A stretch of DNA of 64,000 bases, taken from the NCBI GenBank assembly GCA_018660835.1, contig JABJJN010000008.1, forward strand, positions 46,977-110,976, given 5' to 3'. Below are positions 55,050 to 64,000 of this stretch, in pieces. The notes beneath the pieces are model-generated. The model was not told where the DNA came from. It saw only the letters and a program-made list of their open reading frames with translations, and did not search any database. Within the stretch, counting starts at the first letter, position 1. Each line of letters starts with the position of its first letter. Position numbers and translations under genes: made by a program. The stretch is from Gemmatimonadota bacterium. GTDB taxonomy: Bacteria > Latescibacterota > UBA2968 > UBA8231.

Positions 55050-56282
55050 ATGGTACTACCTGAAACGATCTTCGTCGGCCTGTCTCAGCTACGCGCCAAC
55101 AAACTGCGTAGCACGCTGACCTTGCTCGGTATCGTCATCGGTGTCGCTTCCGTCATCGGCATCATCTCCATCGGCGAGGGTCTGCGGCGCACGATCGTTA
55201 ACGAATTCGCCCGTGCCGGCGGAGCGGGGACGGTATTGATACGCCCCCCCGACTCCGTCGAACGCAAAGAGGGACGTCGGGTAAAGCGCTCGTGGGTGGA
55301 GTACCTGACCGCCAAGGATCACCAGGCCTTCCTCGAGGAGTCGGGCGAGCACATTGATACTTCTGTGCCCAGTGTCTGGGGGCAGGCCGAGTTGCGTGTC
55401 GGCAAGACCACCATGAGTGGTATGTATGTGGGCACGTCGGAGTCGATTAACGAGGGATATTCGTGGCCCGTTGTGGAGGGCAGATCTCTGACAAGCGAGG
55501 ATATCCTGTTCTCGCGCAAGGTCTGCCTCATCGGTCAGAAAGTGAAAAGCGATCTGTTCGCCGGTGAGGATCCGATCGGACTGGATCTCAAACTCAATGG
55601 CACACGTTATACCGTCGTCGGTGTTCTGGAAGAACGCATTCGTTTCGGCCGCGATGAGGGAGACCGCGTCTTCATCCCCTACTCAACGGCACACAAACGT
55701 CTATTAGGCCACGAGCGTTTCCTCGGCATCACGCTCTTCATCGATGACCTGGAGGCCGTTTCTCGAGTCGCCGATGATGTGCGCCGTGTCCTGACTCGAC
55801 GTCACGCACACGGCGATGAGTTCTGGGTGGAAACGAGTCAGAATCTGTTGGAGCAGGTAGGCAAGACGATCCGTGTGATGAAGCAGGTCGCCGGAGGCAT
55901 CGCTGGTATCTCGCTGTTGGTTGGTGGCATCGGCATCATGAATATCATGCTCGTCTCCGTCACGGAGCGCACACGTGAGATCGGTGTGCGCAAAGCTCTT
56001 GGAGCGAAACCTCGTCATATTCTCATGCAATTCGTCGCTGAGGCGATCATTCTGAGTTTCGTCGGCGGCGTGATCGGCGTCGGTATAGGCATCGGCTTTG
56101 GCGTAGGTATAGAACAGTTGATCTCTCATTTCGACGAGAACAGCCCATTTGCGAGTGTTGTGTCCACTCAATCCGTCGTCATGGCTCTCGGTTTCTCCAG
56201 TGCCGTGGGCATGTTCTTCGGTGTCTATCCGGCCGTTCGCGCCTCGCGACTGGACCCGGTTGAAGCGTTGCGTCACGAGTGA
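55050..56282 (+). CDS. ABC transporter permease, MacB/FtsX type
   Basis: MacB_PCD-type periplasmic domain between TM1 and TM2. FtsX block [16 protein letters not shown]. Confidence 0.9.
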   Translation: MVLPETIFVGLSQLRANKLRSTLTLLGIVIGVASVIGIISIGEGLRRTIVNEFARAGGAGTVLIRPPDSVERKEGRRVKRSWVEYLTAKDHQAFLEESGEHIDTSVPSVWGQAELRVGKTTMSGMYVGTSESINEGYSWPVVEGRSLTSEDILFSRKVCLIGQKVKSDLFAGEDPIGLDLKLNGTRYTVVGVLEERIRFGRDEGDRVFIPYSTAHKRLLGHERFLGITLFIDDLEAVSRVADDVRRVLTRRHAHGDEFWVETSQNLLEQVGKTIRVMKQVAGGIAGISLLVGGIGIMNIMLVSVTERTREIGVRKALGAKPRHILMQFVAEAIILSFVGGVIGVGIGIGFGVGIEQLISHFDENSPFASVVSTQSVVMALGFSSAVGMFFGVYPAVRASRLDPVEALRHE

Positions 56283-57502
56283 TCTTTCTCGAATCCATCG
56301 GCATCGCTTTCTCCCAGCTATGGGCGAACAAGGTTCGCTCGCTGCTGACATTGTTGGGGATGCTCATCGGTGTCGGTTCCGTTGTTGGCATCGTGTCGAT
56401 CAGTGAGGGCCTTCGACAGATGGTCTACGAAGAATTCGGCAAACTGGGGGGCGCAAACTTCGCCTACATCGTACCGCAGGAGTTTATCCGCAAGGACGGT
56501 CGTCGCGTTCGCGCACCTCACTTCGAACCGATGACCATGTCCGACGTAGAGCTTGTGAGTGGAGTGTCCGATCGTATTGAAGCCGTGTTGCCGATCCTCA
56601 GTACCGGGGCAGACGTGCGTTACCGCAAGGCGACGTATCAATCACAGGTGGAAGGCACCACACCTGCCTACGCTGCCGCCTATGACTGGGAGATAGAAAA
56701 GGGACGTTTCCTGCTCGCAGATGATCTCGAGAACCGTCGCTCTGTCGCCGTCGTCGGTCAGCGGGTTGTGGAGGAGGTCTTTGGCCGCCGTCCCCCATTG
56801 GGGGAAGAGATCAAGATTCGCGGCCAGCGCCATCTTGTGGTGGGTGTCATGTCACCACGAAAGATCTTTGACCAGGATTGGGGGAATCGTGTCATGGTGC
56901 CTGTCACGACAGCGCAGATGAGACTGCTCGGAGTGAAGACGATCGGTGGGTTGCTCGTCTATACCAAAGACGAAGATGACGCACCTATTGTGCTACCGCA
57001 GATTGAAGAGGCCCTCAAGGCGCGCCACGGTGAAGACGTCAGTTATGAGATCCAGAGTGGCAAGGGCATCCTCGACCAAGTGGAGCAAACGATCATGGTG
57101 ATGAAGCTTGTTACCGGCGGCATTGCCGGAATCTCGCTTCTTGTAGGTGGCATTGGTATCATGAACATCATGCTCGTCTCGGTCACGGAACGCACCCGTG
57201 AGATCGGTATCCGCAAAGCCCTGGGGGCCCGCCCTGCCACGTTGCTGACGCAATTCGTTATTGAGGCGATTGTGTTGAGTCTGATCGGCGGCGCCCTCGG
57301 CGTTGGTTTTGGTGTCGGTGTAGGATTTGGCATTTCCGCCGCCATTGAGCACTATGCGGAAACCCCCTTCCCGAGCATCGTCTCCGGTGCCTCCGTCACC
57401 CTGGCGCTGGTCATCTCTACGGGTGTCGGCCTGTTTTTCGGCATCTATCCGGCAGCACGCGCATCTCGCCTGAACCCCGTTGAAGCCTTGAGCCACGAAT
57501 GA
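56279..57502 (+). CDS. ABC transporter permease, MacB/FtsX type (paralog)
   Basis: Same architecture; [20 protein letters not shown]-type overlaps on both sides. Confidence 0.9.
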   Translation: MIFLESIGIAFSQLWANKVRSLLTLLGMLIGVGSVVGIVSISEGLRQMVYEEFGKLGGANFAYIVPQEFIRKDGRRVRAPHFEPMTMSDVELVSGVSDRIEAVLPILSTGADVRYRKATYQSQVEGTTPAYAAAYDWEIEKGRFLLADDLENRRSVAVVGQRVVEEVFGRRPPLGEEIKIRGQRHLVVGVMSPRKIFDQDWGNRVMVPVTTAQMRLLGVKTIGGLLVYTKDEDDAPIVLPQIEEALKARHGEDVSYEIQSGKGILDQVEQTIMVMKLVTGGIAGISLLVGGIGIMNIMLVSVTERTREIGIRKALGARPATLLTQFVIEAIVLSLIGGALGVGFGVGVGFGISAAIEHYAETPFPSIVSGASVTLALVISTGVGLFFGIYPAARASRLNPVEALSHE

Positions 57503-58224
57503 CGCAGACCCCAGAAGTGCCGCCGACTGACAGGCCCGTGCTCATCGACTTACAGGAAGTGCGCAAGATCTATGTGCGCGGTCTGGAATCCGTTCATGCT
57601 CTCAGCGGCGTCGACCTGCAGATCGAGAAGGGAGAATACGTCGCCATTATGGGGCCATCAGGATCTGGAAAATCCACCCTGATGAATATCGTCGGTTGTC
57701 TCGACACGCCCACCAGTGGCGTCTATCGACTTGAGGATGTTGACGTATCCGGGATGAATGCCAACGACCTGGCTGATGTGCGCAATCGACAGATCGGCTT
57801 CGTCTTTCAGACATTCAACTTGCTGCCGCGATCCACGGCGCTGGCCAATGTCGAATTGCCCCTGCTCTACGGTGGAGCTCGTCGTCGGCTTCGGCGCGAA
57901 CGAGCGGCCGATGCATTGAATCGGGTCGGACTGGCGGATCGCATGACCCATCGTCCCAATGAACTGTCAGGTGGTCAGCGGCAACGCGTCGCCATCGCCC
58001 GCGCCCTGGCGAATTCACCCTCCCTGTTGCTGGCAGACGAGCCTACGGGCAATCTCGACAGCCGCACAGGAGAGGAGATCATGGCCCTGTTTGATGCACT
58101 CCACGCCGAGGGCAACACGGTCATCATTGTGACCCACGAAGAGGCCGTCGCGCGTAAGGCACATCGTGTCGTGCGCATCCTCGACGGACTCGTCGCATCA
58201 GACGAGCCTGTCCTTCACGAATAG
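57499..58224 (+). CDS. ABC transporter ATP-binding protein (MacB/LolD-type)
   Basis: Walker [37 protein letters not shown]. Confidence 0.9.
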   Translation: MTQTPEVPPTDRPVLIDLQEVRKIYVRGLESVHALSGVDLQIEKGEYVAIMGPSGSGKSTLMNIVGCLDTPTSGVYRLEDVDVSGMNANDLADVRNRQIGFVFQTFNLLPRSTALANVELPLLYGGARRRLRRERAADALNRVGLADRMTHRPNELSGGQRQRVAIARALANSPSLLLADEPTGNLDSRTGEEIMALFDALHAEGNTVIIVTHEEAVARKAHRVVRILDGLVASDEPVLHE

Positions 58225-58303
58225 GTCGTGGACCAGCTCATCGCAGGTCGTGGACCAGCTCATCGCAGGTCGTGGACCAGCTCATCGCAGGTCGTGGACC
58301 AGC
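58225..58303. repeat. perfect 22-bp tandem repeat, 3.6 copies (gtcgtggaccagctcatcgcag)
   Basis: Units at 58225-58246, 58247-58268 and 58269-58290, plus a 13-nt partial unit at 58291-58303. It begins immediately after the ABC ATPase stop and covers the last codons and the stop of the convergent gene. Confidence 0.95.
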
Positions 58304-59072
58304 CGTATTTGGTCTCGATCTCACGAATGGTGATCTGCGTCGCTGTGAGTTCATCCACTGAATCATGGAATTCGACACCCGTCGTTGCGTCCCTCACGAG
58401 GACATTGTTGTAGCCCCGTCCCTGCATGGCAATCATGCCATAGTCACGACCAATCACACACCAGTTGGTCGCGAACCCGGCGTACAGCAGGTGTAGGATC
58501 CGACGCGAGCGTAGTTCCTCGTGCATCTGCTCACCCGTCGCGATCACGACATCCCCCGGCTGCGGCTGCATAAGGGGCGAGATCTTCAGTTCCTGCTCGT
58601 AGCGTGCGTGTGCATCCTGAAGTCGCTGCTCCTGGTTGCGGCCAAAATCTGCATAGTCGCCAGTGCGATACAACCCGTGAAAGGCGGCGGGCGGCCACTC
58701 ATCGACGCCGGCACGCTCTGCAGCCGGCTGGACCGGCTTGCTCCTTGCCTGAAGCGCCGTTGGCATCGACTCTGGATGCTGTCGCTCCACAACAAAGGGT
58801 GATGGGGCATGGATGATTGTGACACCAGCTGCCCGTAGTGCCGTGGTCAGAGGCAGGATCTTCTCAGCCGTGATCGCCGCCGCACGCTTGAGCCAACTGT
58901 CGATGTAGTGCGTCGCCCACACGTCGACCAGTACCAGCGCCGTCTGCGCCACAGGCAGAGGCAGTTGACGCTCGACGAAGTGAAAATTCTCCTCATCACA
59001 AGGCGTATCGGCGTCGGTGTAGACCCGATAATAGCGCGCCGCAATATCCAGAATCCCCTGTGACTCAGCCAT
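58260..59072 (-). CDS. isochorismatase-family cysteine hydrolase
   Basis: LVLVDVW (Asp), then LLYAGFATNWCVIG (Cys). 270 aa. The C-terminal CDELVHDLR and the stop lie within the tandem repeat. Confidence 0.75.
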   Translation of the reverse strand: MAESQGILDIAARYYRVYTDADTPCDEENFHFVERQLPLPVAQTALVLVDVWATHYIDSWLKRAAAITAEKILPLTTALRAAGVTIIHAPSPFVVERQHPESMPTALQARSKPVQPAAERAGVDEWPPAAFHGLYRTGDYADFGRNQEQRLQDAHARYEQELKISPLMQPQPGDVVIATGEQMHEELRSRRILHLLYAGFATNWCVIGRDYGMIAMQGRGYNNVLVRDATTGVEFHDSVDELTATQITIREIETKYGWSTTCDELVHDLR

Positions 59073-59868
59073 CGATCGCCTTCAATTCGCCTTCTCCTAC
59101 CAGATAGTCCCACACCTGTCGTCGGATCGCTCGTTCCTTGTAGTGATCGGACTGTGATACACCGATGGGATTGCCAAAGGTGAGGATATTCTTGGGGTCT
59201 GTTGCCCTGTCACGGTTATTCCGATCAGTTGGCACATCGGTCGCCCCAGCCTGGTGCTTCCATGTCGGTGTATCGTTGTCCTGTGTTCGACGGAAGAGAA
59301 ACTTGATCATGTGACGTGGCATAGATGATCGATTCGCCGCCGTGCCATGCCAGAGATCATAGTGCGTGAAGGCAATGGTGCCGGCTTTCACGGTCAGAGG
59401 AATCTGCCCGCGAATGTTGGTATACGTCGCCATCCGATCGGTTGGCGCATTCCGGTACTGCGTACCAGGCACGATCACGGTGGGTCCCATATCAGGCGTG
59501 ACATCGCGTGGATAGTAGAGGCCGAGAAAGCGATTCAAACGCAGATCGCGATTGTTGGTGCCGTCCTGATGCCACTGCATACCACCAGAGCCGGCCGGTT
59601 TACAGTGCCAGTGACGATGGCTTTGCACCTCGAAGTCGGGCCCCAGGAGACTGACCAACACGCCACGCACTTCGGCGTGCTCCAGGACCTGCAACAGTTC
59701 AGGAATCGAGTCTGTGATGGCATCACCCGGATTCGACTCGAGTCCATCGAGTTGGGCGGCGATCGACTCATTGAGCCCCGCCGCCAGATCGGGCTCGACC
59801 ACGTGGTAGCCATTGACGATGAACTGGGCCACCTCGGCGTCACTGAGGAGGAAATCTTGAGACGTCAT
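59065..59868 (-). CDS. phytanoyl-CoA dioxygenase (PhyH) family oxygenase
   Basis: QFIVNGYHVVEP; WHQDG...; YDLWHGTAANRS. Confidence 0.8.
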   Translation of the reverse strand: MTSQDFLLSDAEVAQFIVNGYHVVEPDLAAGLNESIAAQLDGLESNPGDAITDSIPELLQVLEHAEVRGVLVSLLGPDFEVQSHRHWHCKPAGSGGMQWHQDGTNNRDLRLNRFLGLYYPRDVTPDMGPTVIVPGTQYRNAPTDRMATYTNIRGQIPLTVKAGTIAFTHYDLWHGTAANRSSMPRHMIKFLFRRTQDNDTPTWKHQAGATDVPTDRNNRDRATDPKNILTFGNPIGVSQSDHYKERAIRRQVWDYLVGEGELKAIDG

Positions 59869-60155
59869 GAGTCGATGACCTCCATTCTCTGCAGGATGAA
59901 TTCGTAGCCAACCATGTCGAGATCGCGATCATCGAATGGTGCCTGTAGATACGGAAACTGCACGATCTGCCAACCATCGACGATCGCTTGATGAACACTC
60001 TTGTACGGCCACTCGACCGATTCTGCACTGATCTCGACGCGGTAGCCGGCGACGGGCTCGATCTGTGTCAAGGCGACGATATCCGAGAACACATTCGGTG
60101 TGCGAGCGTGCAGATACAGCAACCTTTGCCGCGGTTGTGAGGCCGTTGTGACCAT
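59865..60155 (-). CDS. 96-aa hypothetical protein
   Basis: ATGA overlap with the PhyH start. I chose the start at MVTTASQ; the N-terminal extension of the 179-aa ORF looks non-coding. Confidence 0.45.
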   Translation of the reverse strand: MVTTASQPRQRLLYLHARTPNVFSDIVALTQIEPVAGYRVEISAESVEWPYKSVHQAIVDGWQIVQFPYLQAPFDDRDLDMVGYEFILQRMEVIDS

Positions 60156-60321
60156 ATTCCCATTCTCCCATGCAACACAATTACGTGTCTCAAAACGAGG
60201 TTCGAGCGATATTCGGACGAATCCACCAGTAGGGCGACGCGCATCATACGGACCTGACTCTCCCCTTGCAAGGGATCGGTAGGATCTTGAGCCGCTACAC
60301 CCCAGTGCTTCGGAGAAATTC

Positions 60322-61200
60322 ATGACCCACCACCACTGCCATCGATTTCTGCCAACACTTCTGCTTGGTGTCGTCGCTTCTTGTTCGACGATTCCACCTG
60401 CCAATCACGGTACCGCCGCCCTCGGCCCATCCGGTTTCAGTCATGAACTGATCGATCAGGTGCAACAGCGCTTCGTTGATGCTCGTGGTCGCGTGGACTA
60501 CGCTGCCCTGCAGGCCGACCCAGAGGCTCTCGACGGCTACTACGATCTCATCGCCGCGCACACACCGGACACGGATCCGCTGCTGTTTCCCGATGACGAC
60601 AGTCGCCTCGCTTTCTGGATCAATGCCTACAACACGGCCGTCATGAAGACCGTGATCACGCACTATCCGATCACTTCTGTCTCCGACGTGCGTCCCCCTC
60701 CATTGCTCTCACTGCTCTCGGAGCAAAGCGGCTTCTTCTATTTTCAGCGTCTGATCTTCGGTGGCGAAACGCTGAACCTTTACGATCTGGAGCACAAAGT
60801 GATCCGCGGACGCTTTGCGGATCCGCGCATTCATTTTGCCATCAACTGTGCCTCTCTTGGCTGCCCAAAATTGCCGTCTGAGGCATTCCAGCCTGAGCAG
60901 CTACAACAGCAACTAGAGCGGGAGACGAGACGCTTTCTCAATGAGGAACGGAATCTACGTGTCGACGACGTGGCCCAGACCGTTCATCTTTCCAGCATCC
61001 TCTCATGGTACGAGGAGGACTTCCTCAGCTGGTATCTAGGCGAATTCCCGGCAGACACAGATCCGACACTGCTGGACTATGCCCGACTCTATGCAACCGG
61101 TGATCGGCTCGCTGCCATCGAACGGGCGCAGGCTGTGAACTACGAGATCATCATTGAACCCTACGACTGGCGCCTGAACGACCAGACCGCCGACTACTAG
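60322..61200 (+). CDS. DUF547-domain lipoprotein
   Basis: Lipobox-like LLLGVVASCS. LAFWINAYNTAVMKTVITHYP and HFAINCASLGCPKL are typical of DUF547. Confidence 0.8.
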   Translation: MTHHHCHRFLPTLLLGVVASCSTIPPANHGTAALGPSGFSHELIDQVQQRFVDARGRVDYAALQADPEALDGYYDLIAAHTPDTDPLLFPDDDSRLAFWINAYNTAVMKTVITHYPITSVSDVRPPPLLSLLSEQSGFFYFQRLIFGGETLNLYDLEHKVIRGRFADPRIHFAINCASLGCPKLPSEAFQPEQLQQQLERETRRFLNEERNLRVDDVAQTVHLSSILSWYEEDFLSWYLGEFPADTDPTLLDYARLYATGDRLAAIERAQAVNYEIIIEPYDWRLNDQTADY

Positions 61201-61213
61201 AAGGACGAGAGCC

Positions 61214-61585
61214 ATGGGGCGCGTCGCCCACTTTGAGATCAGCGTCGATGACCCGCAGCAGGCGGCGGCTTTTTATGGTGGTGTCTTCGGTTGGGAATTT
61301 CGTCCCTGGGACGGCAAGGGTGACTACCTGCTCGTACTCACCGGTGATGACGACGAACTGCCCGGGATCAATGGTACGATCGTGCGACGCGGCACCTCAC
61401 CAGTGGGATCGGTGAATCTCATTGATGTGGAATCCCTGGATTCATCTCTCGTGCGGGTCGTCGAGCAGGGCGGTGTCATCGTGCACAGCCGCACGACGGT
61501 GCCGAACATTGGTTATATCGCCTATTGCCGCGATCCTGATGGCAACCCTTTCGGGTTGATCGAACGTTCGGCAACAGCATCCTGA
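61214..61585 (+). CDS. VOC/glyoxalase-family protein
   Basis: HFEISVDDPQQAAAFYGGVFGWEF..., then GYIAYCRDPDGNPFGL. Confidence 0.8.
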   Translation: MGRVAHFEISVDDPQQAAAFYGGVFGWEFRPWDGKGDYLLVLTGDDDELPGINGTIVRRGTSPVGSVNLIDVESLDSSLVRVVEQGGVIVHSRTTVPNIGYIAYCRDPDGNPFGLIERSATAS

Positions 61586-61643
61586 AGCGTGACAGACAGT
61601 CGCCAAGCCTCAGCCCCCCCTGCACCTTGATCGATCAGCTGAT

Positions 61644-63104
61644 CTAGGCCTGCCCACGCTCCTGTTTATAGGCTTTTTCCAGCGCCACTCGAAAGGGATG
61701 TTGAGGGACACTGGTCGCCATCTGCTGTGTGTGCTGGTTCTGTAACCAGTGCTCCAATAGACGGGCGCGTAGGCGACTTTCCACCTGGGCAACTTCAGGC
61801 CGACCCGCCAAATTCTCCACCTCCATCTGGGGTGCTTCTACGGTCAGATCGTAGAGTTCGGCTTCGCCTGTGACATAGTGGCAGTATTTCCACTGACCAT
61901 CGGTCACCATCACGCGACCTGTGATCTCGCAGAACACGACGTCATGTGTCGATGCCATCGGATCCTCAAGTAGCGGCGTCAGCGACTTGCCCTGCACGGT
62001 CTTCGGCGCCTGCACGCCACACACATCGAAGAATGTCGCCACCACATCCAATCCACTCACAACACTTGCACAGCGACCGCCCGCTGTAGCCCGTCGCTGA
62101 CCATCTGGTGCGTGTGGTCCACGCACAATCATCGGTACATGCGCCATGCTCTCGTAGAAGTAGCCCTTGAAGGGCAGCCCGTGATCGCCGAGGGCATCGC
62201 CATGATCGGAAGTGAAGATGATGAGTGTATTCTCCAGGGTCCCATGGGCCTCGAGGGCGGCGAGTATCTTGCCGATGCCCTCATCAATAAGGCTGATGTT
62301 GGCATAGTAGTGGGCCCGCCAGCGCCGCATATCTTCAGCCGACGCCGTCGACGGATCGATGCGGAACATGGAATTGTTCAACGATCCCGCCCCCTTGTCG
62401 CCCTGCCCTTTCGGCTTATTCACCAACTCGTCAGGTCCACCGACAGGTTCCGGGATATCGGCCTCGTAGTACATGTCTGCCATATCTTCGGGGGGATCGT
62501 ATGGATCGTGGGGGCCGGCAAAACTCACCCATACGGCAAACGGTGAATCCCCGTGTTGCTGCAGCCACTCGGCGGCCCGGTCGCCAGTGTAGCCGTCTAC
62601 ATGGAATTTACGATCGTGAGGAAAAACCGATGCGCCGACCCAATCGAAGTAGCCAGGATTCGACGTCGGATGCGGTCGTTCGATGCCGTGGGCGCGTAGA
62701 TACTGATAGTGATCGTCGGGCAGGTAGACGTGACGCTTGTCCTCGGCGATGACACGCTCATCGAAACCACCGGAAATATCCCAGGGCATGAAGTGCATCT
62801 TGCCAATGGCAGCGGTGCGAAAGCCTGCGGCACTCATCAGGGCCGGCCATGTGGGTGTTGACTCGTCTAGCCATTGACCATTCGACAACACACCCGTCGA
62901 CGACGGCCATTGCCCACTCATCCATGCAGCTCGACAGGGCACACACACGGGCGCTGGCGTGTAGCAGCGTTCGAAGACAACCCCCTCCGCCGCGAGGCGA
63001 TCGATATTCGGCGTCTGCATGAAATCCAGACCGTAGCATGGCAGCGAGTCGAATCGCTGTTGGTCTGTCGTGATGAAGAGAAGATTGGTCGCAGTGGTTT
63101 CCAT
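61644..63104 (-). CDS. sulfatase (Cys-type formylglycine motif), no signal peptide
   Basis: LLFITTDQQR; C-x-P-x-R motif CVPCRAAWMSG; IIFTSDHGD. Confidence 0.85.
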   Translation of the reverse strand: METTATNLLFITTDQQRFDSLPCYGLDFMQTPNIDRLAAEGVVFERCYTPAPVCVPCRAAWMSGQWPSSTGVLSNGQWLDESTPTWPALMSAAGFRTAAIGKMHFMPWDISGGFDERVIAEDKRHVYLPDDHYQYLRAHGIERPHPTSNPGYFDWVGASVFPHDRKFHVDGYTGDRAAEWLQQHGDSPFAVWVSFAGPHDPYDPPEDMADMYYEADIPEPVGGPDELVNKPKGQGDKGAGSLNNSMFRIDPSTASAEDMRRWRAHYYANISLIDEGIGKILAALEAHGTLENTLIIFTSDHGDALGDHGLPFKGYFYESMAHVPMIVRGPHAPDGQRRATAGGRCASVVSGLDVVATFFDVCGVQAPKTVQGKSLTPLLEDPMASTHDVVFCEITGRVMVTDGQWKYCHYVTGEAELYDLTVEAPQMEVENLAGRPEVAQVESRLRARLLEHWLQNQHTQQMATSVPQHPFRVALEKAYKQERGQA

Positions 63105-63189
63105 CGTCGTGTATGTCCGTTGTCATCGAGGACGTCGTGGCAAGGAATCTCGTGGCCAGAGGAAGCTCCTCACTCTACTGTTGTCGGCG

Positions 63190-64000
63190 ATGGAACCTAA
63201 TTCGCCCCAGACACCTGGCCAACGACCGGTTCCCGGACGGGCCACCCTGTTACCGGTCCTATACGCCGCCGGCTCCTGGCTGCGCCATCATCTTGACCCG
63301 CCTGAGTTGTCCTACGTCGGCACCTACTGGCTCTTCCTGCGTGCCCTCGGCGCCGTCTATGCCGTCGCCTTTCTCGGCCTTGCCCTGCAATTGCAGCCAT
63401 TGCTCGGCGACAACGGTCTACTGCCTGTATCCCTGTTCCTGGAGCGCGTCGCTGCGGGAAGTAGTACACCGTGGCTGCAGGTCCCATCCCTCATGTGGCT
63501 TGGTCACAGTGACGGATTCATGCTCAGCCTCGCCTGGATTGGCGTGGCGCTGAGCCTGGCACTGGCTGCGGGCTATACCCACGTAGTGCAGATGCTCGTT
63601 CTGTGGATATTGTATTCCTCCTTCGTCAACGTCGGCCAACTGTTCTACGGCTACGGCTGGGAGATCCTGCTGCTGGAAGTCGGCTTCCTCAGCATCTTTC
63701 TGGTGCCGCGATCAAAGGCGGTTTTGTGGCTACTACGCTGGGTTCTGTTCCGCATCATGTTCGGCGCTGGTCTCATCAAGCTGCGTGGCGATGCCTGTTG
63801 GTGGGATTTGACGTGCCTGCTCTATCACTACGAGACCCAACCCATACCCAATCCACTCAGTCCGTTTTTTCACGCCCTGCCAGATGTCTTCCACAAAGCA
63901 GGCGTGCTTTTCAATCACCTGGTCGAAGTTGCTGTGCCCTTTCTGTTGATCGGCCCCCCGCGAAGCCGCTGGCTCGCCGGTGGACTGATGCTCGCCTTCC
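63190..64000 (+). CDS. lipase maturation factor (LMF)-family membrane protein, 5' part (runs off the window end)
   Basis: From the ATG at 63190: MEPNSPQ...LFYGYGWEILLLEVGFLSIF...FRIMFGAGLIKLRGDACWWDLTCLLYHYETQPIPNPLS. It has no stop in the window, so it is absent from the ORF track. Confidence 0.75.
   Translation, partial: MEPNSPQTPGQRPVPGRATLLPVLYAAGSWLRHHLDPPELSYVGTYWLFLRALGAVYAVAFLGLALQLQPLLGDNGLLPVSLFLERVAAGSSTPWLQVPSLMWLGHSDGFMLSLAWIGVALSLALAAGYTHVVQMLVLWILYSSFVNVGQLFYGYGWEILLLEVGFLSIFLVPRSKAVLWLLRWVLFRIMFGAGLIKLRGDACWWDLTCLLYHYETQPIPNPLSPFFHALPDVFHKAGVLFNHLVEVAVPFLLIGPPRSRWLAGGLMLAF

Noticed and set aside
58225-58303. Tandem repeat considered as a CRISPR-like array
   Set aside because: The units are directly adjacent with no spacers. 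The unit is 22 bp and overlaps a coding 3' end. No cas genes are present anywhere in the window.
1-64000. tRNA, rRNA, tmRNA, riboswitch or other structured RNA genes in the intergenic gaps (417-629, 8068-8334, 27744-28109, 36149-36328, 38210-38331, 44043-44305, 46802-47004)
   Set aside because: I found no cloverleaf-compatible sequence or recognisable conserved riboswitch core by eye, only simple hairpins. A covariance-model scan (Infernal/Rfam, tRNAscan-SE) would be needed to exclude them formally.

Overview
GC-rich (about 60% by eye) bacterial chromosomal segment. It is densely coding, with about 65 CDS, many of them joined by 4-nt ATGA stop/start overlaps. I saw no rRNA, tRNA, CRISPR array, transposase or integrase. 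A secreted FG-GAP protein ends in a T9SS type-A sorting domain, which hints at an FCB-group-like or related uncultured lineage, but the taxon cannot be fixed from this window. Most of the content is accessory metabolism and transport: three PhyH-family dioxygenases, amidohydrolases, an M29 aminopeptidase, AKR and MDR dehydrogenases, SSF, EamA, AEC, FetAB and MacAB-type transporters, galK-galT, a sulfatase and ThuA. Regulators include an ECF sigma/anti-sigma pair, a hybrid histidine kinase and an HDOD protein. The most interesting locus is a six-gene minus-strand operon (22489-27743). It is headed by pspA and preceded by a near-consensus sigma54 -24/-12 promoter. Three of its membrane proteins (a TM2-domain protein and two proteins with CBM9-like ectodomains) share one conserved cytoplasmic C-terminal helix motif. 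The operon ends with a DUF4097 (toastrack) protein and a membrane-anchored LAS/M15-like peptidase. Second-tier candidates are listed here.
- A pair of large acidic proteins with no domain I recognise (36329-40566), one carrying a roughly 42-residue periodic coiled-coil repeat.
- An orphan SPPY DNA methyltransferase fused to a degenerate SNase-like domain.
- A perfect 22-bp x3.6 tandem repeat that creates the stop codon of an isochorismatase-like gene.
- A Yip1-like gene with two compensating frameshifts.
- A 40-aa membrane peptide gene with a strong SD and an intrinsic terminator.
All family calls come from motif recognition by eye. No searches were run.
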